In this document: one piece after another, positions 37,795-45,867 of the stretch
How the letters are laid out: every line of letters starts with the position of its first letter
Numbering within the stretch: position 1 is the first letter of the stretch
Assembly: GCF_030149235.1 (NCBI RefSeq)
Contig: NZ_JASBRW010000083.1
Span: 47,964-111,963, forward strand
Direction of reading: 5' to 3'
Length of the DNA: 64,000 nt
Source: Maricaulis sp.
GTDB lineage: Bacteria > Pseudomonadota > Alphaproteobacteria > Caulobacterales > Maricaulaceae
Made by a program: the position numbers and the translations under genes
Notes under the pieces: model-generated
The model's input: the letters and a program-made list of their open reading frames with translations, nothing else
What the model was told of the DNA's origin: nothing
The model's database searches: none

Positions 37795-38907
37795 ATGCGG
37801 GCAGGAGTTTTGATTGCGGCGGCCGCGGCTTTGACAGCCTGCGGGCAAGCCATGGAGACCGATGCGCCCGAGCCGCTGAGCTGGCCCGAAGCGCGGCCCG
37901 GTATCGTGGAAGATCGCTTCGCCAACCTGGCCCTGAGTTGTGTGCACCAGGAATACCCCAACAAGATCAGCCACGTGCTTCAGGGTGATGGCGATGCCCG
38001 CCCGCCACGCGAGCTCTATCCCGCCTTCTATGGCTGTTTCGACTGGCATTCTTCCGTGCATGGTCACTGGCTGCTGACCCGGATTCTGGCGTCAGACCCG
38101 CAAACCCCGATGCGCCCGGCCATCGAGGCGGCGCTTGGGCGGAGTTTCACCGAGAGCAATATCGCCGGCGAGGTGGCCTATTATGTTCAGGACGGCCGGG
38201 CCTCTTTTGAACGCCCCTATGGCCTCGCCTGGTTCCTGCAGCTGGTCGCGGAACTGGAGGAAAGCGGGGAACCGTTGCCGGCGCAATGGCGCGAGACCTT
38301 GCGGCCGCTGGAAGTGGCCATCGTGGACCAGATCGAGGCCTGGCTGCCCAATCTCGTCTATCCGATCCGGCTGGGCACGCACGCCCAGACCGCCTTCGCC
38401 TTCGGCCTGATGATCGACTATGCCCGCACCGTCGAGAACGCCTCTCTGGAGACGCTGCTGGTCGGCAAGGTGCGCGACTTCTACCAGGACGATGTCGATT
38501 GCCCGCTCGCCTATGAACCCTCTGGCGAAGATTTCCTTTCGCCCTGCCTGATTCAGGCGGACCTGATGCGCCGCATCATAGGGCCGGACGAGTTCTCCGT
38601 CTGGCTGAACGCCTTCCTGCCGCAAATCCCGCTCGATGGGACGGCCGACTGGCTGGAGATCGCCGTTGTCCTCGACGCCACCGATGGCAAGCTCGTGCAT
38701 CTGGATGGTCTGAACCTGTCCCGGGCCTGGGCGCTCGAAGGTATTGCCGCGGGGTTGCCGGCGGATGACCCGCGACGAACCGCCCTTCTGGCCAGTGCAG
38801 CGCTGCATGCGGAGTCAGGCATCGCCTCGGTCTCAGACGAACATTATTCCGGCAGCCACTGGCTCGGCAGTTTCGCAACCTATCTGACGACGCAGCGCGG
38901 CATCTGA
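37795..38907 (+). CDS. DUF2891 family lipoprotein
   Basis: 370 aa from MRAGVLIAAAAALTACG (lipobox). EYPNK and FDWHSSVHGHWLL recall DUF2891, but the family call is from memory only. Confidence 0.7.
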   Translation: MRAGVLIAAAAALTACGQAMETDAPEPLSWPEARPGIVEDRFANLALSCVHQEYPNKISHVLQGDGDARPPRELYPAFYGCFDWHSSVHGHWLLTRILASDPQTPMRPAIEAALGRSFTESNIAGEVAYYVQDGRASFERPYGLAWFLQLVAELEESGEPLPAQWRETLRPLEVAIVDQIEAWLPNLVYPIRLGTHAQTAFAFGLMIDYARTVENASLETLLVGKVRDFYQDDVDCPLAYEPSGEDFLSPCLIQADLMRRIIGPDEFSVWLNAFLPQIPLDGTADWLEIAVVLDATDGKLVHLDGLNLSRAWALEGIAAGLPADDPRRTALLASAALHAESGIASVSDEHYSGSHWLGSFATYLTTQRGI

Positions 38908-39137
38908 TCCGCGACTATTGCTGCGCGGCGCAGGCCCGCAAGCGCTGCGCATTTCCGCCGCGCACTGGATGTGATGGCCCTGCTACAGAAGGGTGCGATC
39001 AGGAAGCGCCAGCATAGCGGTATAGCCCGCATGCGGCCAAACCGCCCCCGGCGATTGATCTCGCACGCGGGCTGGGATTATCTGGCGCCCACAGGACGCC
39101 GGCATCCGGCACAGGCTGGAGGCTAGGGAACCGGGTC

Positions 39138-39749
39138 ATGGGCAAGCTCTACTTCACTTACAGCGCGATGAATGCGGGCAAGTCGGCGATCTTGCTGCAG
39201 GCCGCCCATAACTATGGCGAAAACGGCATGAAGGTCATGCTGTGGACGTCAGAGCACCATGCCAAGGACCCCGCTGCCACGTTCGGAGAAATCGAAAGCC
39301 GTATCGGTCTGCGCGCGCCGGCTCATATCTACCGGGCCCAGATGGATCTGTATGACGAGATCCGCGCGCACCGGCAAAACAATGGCGTCGATGCGGTCTT
39401 CGTTGACGAGGCCCAATTCCTTTCCAGCGACCAGGTCTGGCAGCTCGCCCGTATCGGCGACGAACTGGGCATTCCTGTCCTGTGCTACGGCCTGCGCACG
39501 GACTTCCAGGGCAAGCTGTTTGAAGGCGCGGCCACCTTGCTCGCCATTGCCGATGATTTGCGCGAGGCGCGCACGATCTGCCATTGCGGTCGCAAGGCGA
39601 CGATGACCTTGCGCTTCGACGCGTCCGGCGGTGCGGTCACGCGAGGCCAGCAGGTCGGGGTGTCCAAGGACGCCTATGTATCGCTTTGTCGCAAGCATTG
39701 GCTGGAACGCGTACAGGAAGGCCTCGTATCGGCCGCCGAGGTCGACTGA
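39138..39749 (+). CDS. tdk: thymidine kinase
   Basis: 203 aa with P-loop MNAGKS, VDEAQF, and the zinc ribbon CHCGRKA...CRKH. Confidence 0.93.
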   Translation: MGKLYFTYSAMNAGKSAILLQAAHNYGENGMKVMLWTSEHHAKDPAATFGEIESRIGLRAPAHIYRAQMDLYDEIRAHRQNNGVDAVFVDEAQFLSSDQVWQLARIGDELGIPVLCYGLRTDFQGKLFEGAATLLAIADDLREARTICHCGRKATMTLRFDASGGAVTRGQQVGVSKDAYVSLCRKHWLERVQEGLVSAAEVD

Positions 39750-39789
39750 AGCACGAAAACGGCCCGGTTGGGCCAAGTAGACTAAACAC

Positions 39790-39806
39790 CTGTCCCGACG
39801 GGACAG
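39790..39806. promoter_or_regulatory. 17-bp perfect palindrome between tdk and nupC
   Basis: CTGTCCCG-a-CGGGACAG, immediately followed by the tandem CCGGCATGA CCGGCATGG (39807-39824). Confidence 0.3.
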
Positions 39807-39836
39807 CCGGCATGACCGGCATGGGGGAAACGACAC

Positions 39837-41063
39837 ATGAGTGCAAATCTGATCGCCGGCCTCGGGGCCCTGTTACTTCTGCTGATCGCATTCGTGTTCT
39901 CGACCAACCGGCGCAAGATCCGTCTGCGCACCGTTCTGAGCGCGCTTTTGCTGCAAGTGGGTATTGGTGGTCTGGTCCTGTTCCTGCCGATCGGACGCGA
40001 TATCCTCGCGGCGCTGTCAGAAGGCATTACCCAGCTCCTCGCCTTTTCCCAGGCCGGTATCGAAATGGTGTTCGGGCCGCTGGTCTCTGAATCGGTGGGC
40101 TTCAGCTTTGCCCTCAATGTCCTGCCCGTCGTGATCTTCTTCTCGGCGCTGATGTCCGTGCTCTATCATATCGGCGTGATGCAATGGATCGTCCGCATTG
40201 TCGGTGTGGGTCTACACACGCTGCTGTCCGCCGGACGCGTTGTTTCGCTCAATGCCGCCGCCAACATCTTTGTTGGCCAGACCGAAGCGCCCCTGGTTAT
40301 CCGCCCCTATCTGGACGGCATTACCAAGCCGCAGCTCTTCGCCATTATGACCTCCGGCCTCGCCTCCGTGGCCGGCACGGTCCTCGCCGCCTATGCCCAG
40401 ATCGGTATCAGCGTGGAATACCTCCTCGCGGCCAGCTTCATGGCGGCGCCGGGGGGCCTGTTGATGGCCAGCATCATCATGCCGGCCGATGACGAGACCG
40501 ACAAAGCCCAGGACATTCTCAAATCGCGGCCGGACCAGGAGCGTCATGCCAATGTGGTCATGGCCGCCGCGGTCGGGGCCAAGGATGGTCTGCACCTGGC
40601 CCTGAACATCGGTGCCATGCTGATCGCCTTTGTCTCCCTGATCGCACTGCTGAACGGGTTGATTGCCATTATCGCAGGCCTGCTCGGCGCTGAAGGCGTG
40701 ACCATCCAGAGTATTCTCGGCATGATCCTGGCGCCGTTGATGATCGCCCTGAGCATTCCCGTGGCCGAGGCCCAGGCCGCCGGCGCGATTGTCGGCGAGA
40801 AGCTGGTGATCAATGAGTTCGTCGCCTATCTGACGCTGTCGGGCACGCTCGAGGACTTCTCGCCGCGCAGCCAGGCCATTCTCACCATCGCGCTGTGCGG
40901 TTTCGCCAATCTCAGCTCTGTCGGCATCCTGCTCGGCGGACTGGGCAGCCTGGTGCCGGACCGGATTTCCGAGATTGCCCGTTTCGGCCTGCGCGCCGTC
41001 CTCGCCGGTTCGCTCTCCAACCTGATGAGCGCGGCGATTGCCGGCATGTTGTTCACCGGGTGA
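39837..41063 (+). CDS. nupC: NupC/CNT-family nucleoside:cation symporter
   Basis: 408 aa polytopic protein with the CNT-like segments [16 protein letters not shown] and [10 protein letters not shown]. Confidence 0.88.
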   Translation: MSANLIAGLGALLLLLIAFVFSTNRRKIRLRTVLSALLLQVGIGGLVLFLPIGRDILAALSEGITQLLAFSQAGIEMVFGPLVSESVGFSFALNVLPVVIFFSALMSVLYHIGVMQWIVRIVGVGLHTLLSAGRVVSLNAAANIFVGQTEAPLVIRPYLDGITKPQLFAIMTSGLASVAGTVLAAYAQIGISVEYLLAASFMAAPGGLLMASIIMPADDETDKAQDILKSRPDQERHANVVMAAAVGAKDGLHLALNIGAMLIAFVSLIALLNGLIAIIAGLLGAEGVTIQSILGMILAPLMIALSIPVAEAQAAGAIVGEKLVINEFVAYLTLSGTLEDFSPRSQAILTIALCGFANLSSVGILLGGLGSLVPDRISEIARFGLRAVLAGSLSNLMSAAIAGMLFTG

Positions 41064-41067
41064 TCGG

Positions 41068-42006
41068 ATGACGCATCAGGTCATCCTCGATTGCGATCCG
41101 GGGGTCGATGACTGCATCGCCCTGCTCGTCGCCCTGGGGGCATCGGACCGGATCGACCTGCAATCGATCTGCGTGGTCGCCGGCAATGTTCCCGTCGATG
41201 TCTGCGCGCGCAATGCGTTGGGCATTCTGGCGCTGGCCAAGCGCGACGGCCTGCCGGTCTATTCCGGCTGCGACCGTCCGCTGCGCGTCGCGCCGAGCTT
41301 TGCCGAGCATATCCATGGCCGCAGCGGCCTCGGCGATGCCACCCTGCCCGAGGCGATCGACAGCCTGCAGAGCGGGCACGCGGTCGATCATCTCTGTCAG
41401 GCGCTTTCGTCGGCCCAGCCCGGATCGATCACGCTGGTCATCACCGGGCCAATGACCAATTTCGCCGCCGCGCTGCAGCGGGACCCGTCGATCACACAGG
41501 CCGTACGCGAGCTGATCATCATGGGCGGCGCTGACCAGGCCGGCGGCAATATCACCGACTTTGCCGAGTTCAACATCTTTGCCGACCCGGATGCCGCCCG
41601 GATCGTGCTGGAAAGCGGTTGCCGCACCACGCTGATCGGGCTGGACGCAACGCTGCAGATCCGCTGCACCCCCGCGCGCATGCAGCGTCTGACGGGAACA
41701 GACCACCCCGCCAGCCAGACCTCGGCGGCCATGGTCGCGCATGTGAACCGGATCTATGGCGAGGTCTACGGGGCCGAGGGCGCGGCGCTGCATGACCCGT
41801 GCACCGTGGGTTATCTGCTCGAACCGGAGCTGTTCACCGGTCACGAGGTAGCCGTTGAGGTCGATTGCAGTGATGGCGAGACGCGTGGCCAGACACGTAT
41901 CCATCCGCTCGACAATGCGGCGGGTTGGCCGCGGATCAACTGGGTGACCGGCCTGGATGACACCGCCCTGTTCGAGCTCATCGTCACCGAGATGGAGCGC
42001 TTGTGA
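41068..42006 (+). CDS. nucleoside hydrolase (IUNH/Rih family)
   Basis: 312 aa from MTHQVILDCDPGVDDCIAL (the DxDxxxDD Ca-binding motif). It starts 4 nt after nupC. Confidence 0.9.
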   Translation: MTHQVILDCDPGVDDCIALLVALGASDRIDLQSICVVAGNVPVDVCARNALGILALAKRDGLPVYSGCDRPLRVAPSFAEHIHGRSGLGDATLPEAIDSLQSGHAVDHLCQALSSAQPGSITLVITGPMTNFAAALQRDPSITQAVRELIIMGGADQAGGNITDFAEFNIFADPDAARIVLESGCRTTLIGLDATLQIRCTPARMQRLTGTDHPASQTSAAMVAHVNRIYGEVYGAEGAALHDPCTVGYLLEPELFTGHEVAVEVDCSDGETRGQTRIHPLDNAAGWPRINWVTGLDDTALFELIVTEMERL

Positions 42007-42872
42007 TGACCCAGACCATCACCGTCGTCGGATCGGTCAATCTGGACCTTGTCGTGCGCTGCGGCCAGCTACCCAAAGCCGGCGAGACGGTTCTGGGTGA
42101 CGGTTTTGCCAAACACCCGGGCGGAAAAGGCGCCAATCAGGCCCTTGCGGCCCGGCGCCTCGGTGCCGCGGTCAATCTGATTGGCTGTGTCGGTGATGAT
42201 GATGAAGCCGGGGCCGCCCTGTCGCTGCTACAGGCTGAAGGCGTGGATCTGTCCCGCTGCCGCAGCCTGGCCGGCACACCCACCGGTGTGGCGATCATCG
42301 CCGTCGAGCCGGAGGGCGACAATCAGATCGTCGTCGCCAGCGGCGCCAATGCACGCCTGACTGTCGCCGATCTGCCCGAACGCATCGAGGGCGCCCTGAT
42401 CGGACAGCTGGAAACACCCGTAGACGTGCTTGCCGAAGCGCTGAACCGCTGCTCCGGCCTGACCAGTCTGAACCTCGCACCGGCCATGGAACTGGACGAC
42501 AGCGTGCTCGCCCGGGCGGACCTTTGCGTCGTCAATGAAGCCGAGTGCGAATTCTATGGCCGGGAACGGCTGATTGCGGCCGGCGGCCTGACCGCCCTGA
42601 CCCTCGGGGCCCGTGGTGCGATCCTGTTCAAGGATGGCGTGGAAATCGCCCGCGCCCGTCCGCCAAAGATTGTCCCGCATGATGCGACCGGGGCCGGCGA
42701 CACCTTCGTCGCCGCCCTCACGCTCGCCCTGCTCGAGGGCCAGGCGCACCAGACCGCCCTGGAATTTGCCTGCGCTGCCGGTGCAGCCACCACGCTGACA
42801 GCCGGCGCACAACCGGCCCTGCCGGTGCGGTCAGCTGTCGAGGCACTGATGGCTGCCAACGCGGCGGGCTGA
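42006..42872 (+). CDS. rbsK: ribokinase
   Basis: Motifs VVGSVNLD, GGKGANQA and GAGDTFVAAL are present. ATG 42006 overlaps the hydrolase stop as TGATG, and a GTG at 42003 is an alternative start. Confidence 0.9.
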   Translation: MTQTITVVGSVNLDLVVRCGQLPKAGETVLGDGFAKHPGGKGANQALAARRLGAAVNLIGCVGDDDEAGAALSLLQAEGVDLSRCRSLAGTPTGVAIIAVEPEGDNQIVVASGANARLTVADLPERIEGALIGQLETPVDVLAEALNRCSGLTSLNLAPAMELDDSVLARADLCVVNEAECEFYGRERLIAAGGLTALTLGARGAILFKDGVEIARARPPKIVPHDATGAGDTFVAALTLALLEGQAHQTALEFACAAGAATTLTAGAQPALPVRSAVEALMAANAAG

Positions 42873-43331
42873 TCACCGCGGCAAAGCCATGCCGGGGCGG
42901 GGCGCCAGTGTCCGCCCGCTTTCCAGTCGCGCCGCGATATCGCTTTCGACTTCGCGCATGCGCTCGACGTGCCCTTGGACGTCCCAAAGAACTTCCACGC
43001 CAGCGGGACCCAGGGCGACGAGACGATATCCTAGCAGGCTCCGCGCCTCAGCATAGGAAATAAGCAGATTGTCTATACCGTCCCCGGTCAGGTCTCCTTG
43101 CGCCATGACCGAGGCCATCCAGGCTTCGAAACGCCAGATCTCATGACCGGCCTGACTGACCTGCACCGTTTCACCGGGCACGCTGCCAAGCACGGCGATC
43201 TGATACATTGAAGGCTCAACAGTTTCACTGAAGCCGCCCGGTTGGTTCGGCAACAGGGCGCAGCCCGCCAGCACCGCAGCCGCAATCAAAAGCCCTGCTT
43301 CGCGAATGCCAGCCACCTGTCTAATCCTCAT
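42873..43331 (-). CDS. hypothetical lipoprotein (FG-GAP-like DLTGDGIDN motif)
   Basis: 152 aa from MRIRQVAGIREAGLLIAAAVLAGCA (lipobox). Its start overlaps the stop of the 810-aa gene by 11 nt, with an alternative start at 43337. Confidence 0.65.
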   Translation of the reverse strand: MRIRQVAGIREAGLLIAAAVLAGCALLPNQPGGFSETVEPSMYQIAVLGSVPGETVQVSQAGHEIWRFEAWMASVMAQGDLTGDGIDNLLISYAEARSLLGYRLVALGPAGVEVLWDVQGHVERMREVESDIAARLESGRTLAPRPGMALPR

Positions 43332-45753
43332 CAACATGACGCAATGCCCTCTGCACGCCATCGTAGAGATCAGGCGGGGAGTGCGGGCCACCACCGCCAT
43401 GTCCGATAAAGGCCCTGCCATCATCGCTCATATCACTGATCACCTCGAATTCCGGACGCACTTCTAGACCGGCCCTGGCAGACCAACGGAATCCAAGGCC
43501 GCGAAACCCATAATTCGGCACATCCCCGAAGTGGCCGGCAATCCATTCGCCATCATCACTGATCGCGGTGATGGTCAAAGCCGCGGTTTCGGCGAACTCC
43601 GTCACCGGACGCGCCACACCGCCGACCTCCCAAATCATGCCATCGTTATGATGATAGGTACCACTCTCAGAGGTGATAGGGCGTACTGCGACACCCGCCA
43701 TGAAACGCCCATTGGCGCTGACTGCGGTAATCTGGGCACCAACATAGCCGCTCGGCAAGGCGGCGCCAATAAAGGCCCCGTCCCGCCAGACGAGCGCACG
43801 TTGCCGGGCATCATGGGCGCCCTCACCCGCCGCGGTTCCATGCCCAACTATGACACGGCCATCGCCCGACATGGCGCGGATACCGTCGATGCCGGCCAGC
43901 GCGCCAAAGGCATTGATTTCGATGCCGGCGGGTAAAGGCAGATCGACCACGCCTTCATTTGCGCGCCAGAGGAAGGGTCGGACACGTCCATCGCCGGCAA
44001 GGCGTGTTCCGGCGATTAATTCACCATCGGCGCTGACCGCGGCAGCCGCATCCTGCTCGATCGCGGAACGAGCCGGCAGCAGGGCTTGCGGCTCACCCTG
44101 AAGCGTCCACCTCACCGGAAACCCGACAAGATTGCCGTCCGGTGTCAGCGCGTAAACATTCCCGACAGCGTAGTCCCCGGCCGGCGTGGCGTCGCGTATA
44201 TGCGAATAGTTATAACCGTCGGGCATTTCGAGCGCCTGATGCCCGACCCCTTCACGCCAGACATAGGGCGCGGTCTCCTCATTCGGCCCGGAGCTCAAGG
44301 AACCGAAGATAATCTGTCCATCGGCAGCCAGCGCATCAGCACTCATGCCCGCCACACCGGTCGGCATCGGCAAGATCAGAAAGCCCGGCTGGCGCGGGCC
44401 CAGAGCATGGGTCAGCGTCGGCACCTCCGCTTCGTGATGCATGGGATAGTCCAGCACGCTGAGGACCTGCCCGGCCCCGCTCAGATAGAGCATCACGCCA
44501 TCAAGCGCGCCATCGCCGAGAAAGCTCAGCTCTATTGTCTCGCCCGGCTCCAGCGTACGAAGCCCGCTGCTTCCGGACAAGACGATGCCGGCATCGGCGG
44601 ACGGTGTCCGCATACGCGCATCGGCCCTGAAGCCGGTAATCGGTGTTGCACTCGTATTGCGGACCTGGAGCCGGTAGAGCGTAGTCTGGCTCTCAGTCGT
44701 GACCTCCAGCACATTGATACCCAGCGCCGTGTCAGCGATGACCGGCGGCTGCAGGGCGCGCTCGGCATACATGTCCTGCAAGCGTTCGCGCGCGGCTTCA
44801 GCCCGGGCCAGTGCCGCGGCGGCCTCGGCGGCAGCGCGCTCGGCCTCCGCTTCGCGCTGACGCTGCTGATACTCGGCCAGGTCGGCGGCCTGCTGGCGCA
44901 GGTATTCCGCCCGCTCCGCAGCGCGCTGAGCCTCTCGCGCCTCCAGTGCCTCGCGCGCTAGCTGATTTTGGTAGAGATCCACCTCCCGCTTGATCGCCAG
45001 GTCCCGCATCAGGCGCTCGACATGATCAGCTTCCGCTTGTGCCAGACGCTCCGCCGTGCGTTCCGCCCCGGTCAAGCCATAGCGATCACATCCCAGTTCG
45101 AAATCCCGTCGTGCCCGCATCATGTCATAAGCCATGGCGGCGAACTCCTGGTCCGTGCCTGTCTGGCCAGAGGTCTGACGCAGCCAGTTCACTACCGGCA
45201 GGATGCGGGCATTGAAACGGGGGCCGAGGAAATCATCAGCCATGGCGGCCGCGTAATCATCCGGCCACGCTGCAGCATTGGTATCGCGAGACAAGTTGGC
45301 GTAGAGCGCATTGAGACGGCCGCCGCCATAATGCTCCGCCGCCCGGATCCCCAGGGCTTCTCCCGTCGAGACCGCAGCGACGAAACCCGACGCCGCACTG
45401 CCGAGCACGACTGAGACACCCTTACCGATGACAAAATTCTGCGCGTGCCCATAAGCCGCGGCATAGTCGTCCTGGGCGATGGCCGCTCCGATCGCGGCCA
45501 CGGTGAGCCCGTCAATGGCCGGCAGGCCCTGCGCGCCACCGGTGATGCTCGTGATCAGACCGTCGGCCAGTTGCGCGTCTGCATAAGCCAGTTCAATTGC
45601 GCTCGGCGCTGGAGCGGGCGCTTCGACCGCTCCCGTTTGCTCGACCCGCGGCTGAGCGCTGGCGGAGCTTATTGGCGCAACCATCAGAGCGCTGATAACA
45701 GCGACAACGCCCAGAAGCCCACGGCCAGCATCTAATTGGTTCGCGTTACCCAT
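43321..45753 (-). CDS. large secreted multidomain protein: unknown N-domain, Ala/Glu/Arg coiled coil, Ig-like segment, about 7 HAF-type repeats
   Basis: 810 aa with a signal peptide ending SSASAQ and a coiled coil REALEAREAQRAAERAEYLRQQAADLAEYQQRQREAEAERAAAEAAAALARAEAARERL. The C-terminal half repeats [AS]xDGxxIxG ... FxW units, for example SADGELIAG...RPFLW and SGDGRVIVG...RALVW. Confidence 0.8.
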   Translation of the reverse strand: MGNANQLDAGRGLLGVVAVISALMVAPISSASAQPRVEQTGAVEAPAPAPSAIELAYADAQLADGLITSITGGAQGLPAIDGLTVAAIGAAIAQDDYAAAYGHAQNFVIGKGVSVVLGSAASGFVAAVSTGEALGIRAAEHYGGGRLNALYANLSRDTNAAAWPDDYAAAMADDFLGPRFNARILPVVNWLRQTSGQTGTDQEFAAMAYDMMRARRDFELGCDRYGLTGAERTAERLAQAEADHVERLMRDLAIKREVDLYQNQLAREALEAREAQRAAERAEYLRQQAADLAEYQQRQREAEAERAAAEAAAALARAEAARERLQDMYAERALQPPVIADTALGINVLEVTTESQTTLYRLQVRNTSATPITGFRADARMRTPSADAGIVLSGSSGLRTLEPGETIELSFLGDGALDGVMLYLSGAGQVLSVLDYPMHHEAEVPTLTHALGPRQPGFLILPMPTGVAGMSADALAADGQIIFGSLSSGPNEETAPYVWREGVGHQALEMPDGYNYSHIRDATPAGDYAVGNVYALTPDGNLVGFPVRWTLQGEPQALLPARSAIEQDAAAAVSADGELIAGTRLAGDGRVRPFLWRANEGVVDLPLPAGIEINAFGALAGIDGIRAMSGDGRVIVGHGTAAGEGAHDARQRALVWRDGAFIGAALPSGYVGAQITAVSANGRFMAGVAVRPITSESGTYHHNDGMIWEVGGVARPVTEFAETAALTITAISDDGEWIAGHFGDVPNYGFRGLGFRWSARAGLEVRPEFEVISDMSDDGRAFIGHGGGGPHSPPDLYDGVQRALRHVDED

Positions 45754-45867
45754 ACTATTAGTATGGGCGCCGCCGAAGGCCCGAACAATTGCCGATCATG
45801 TGGCCTGATGCCGCAGAGTCCTGCTCCCCAGACCCCAGTCCTACAACGCGCAGTGTTTGAGCGCGCT

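Noticed and set aside
37582-38067. Upstream 161-codon extension of the S9 peptidase ORF (listed as 804 aa)
   Set aside because: The extension has no signal peptide and overlaps the divergent DUF2891 gene. An internal ATG at 37581 gives a canonical signal peptide (MRIISIVLVWFLVVPSVMAQ). Similar over-extensions were trimmed for the ORFs listed from 28291, 32913, 34453, 37651, 48267, 49662, 49635, 53341, 59299, 62099 and 62946.
38908-39137. GC-rich inverted repeats (for example GCGCGGCG...CGCCGCGC) in the 230-nt gap upstream of tdk as a structured RNA
   Set aside because: The arms are composed only of G and C in a high-GC genome, so chance complementarity is high. There is no flanking U-tract and no second supporting feature.
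44760-44990. Apparent GC-rich repetitive DNA (GCGGC/GCGCG runs) as a tandem repeat or CRISPR-like array
   Set aside because: There is no regular repeat-spacer periodicity. The pattern is explained by Ala/Glu/Arg codon reuse in the coiled-coil segment of the 810-aa protein. No CRISPR array was seen anywhere in the window.
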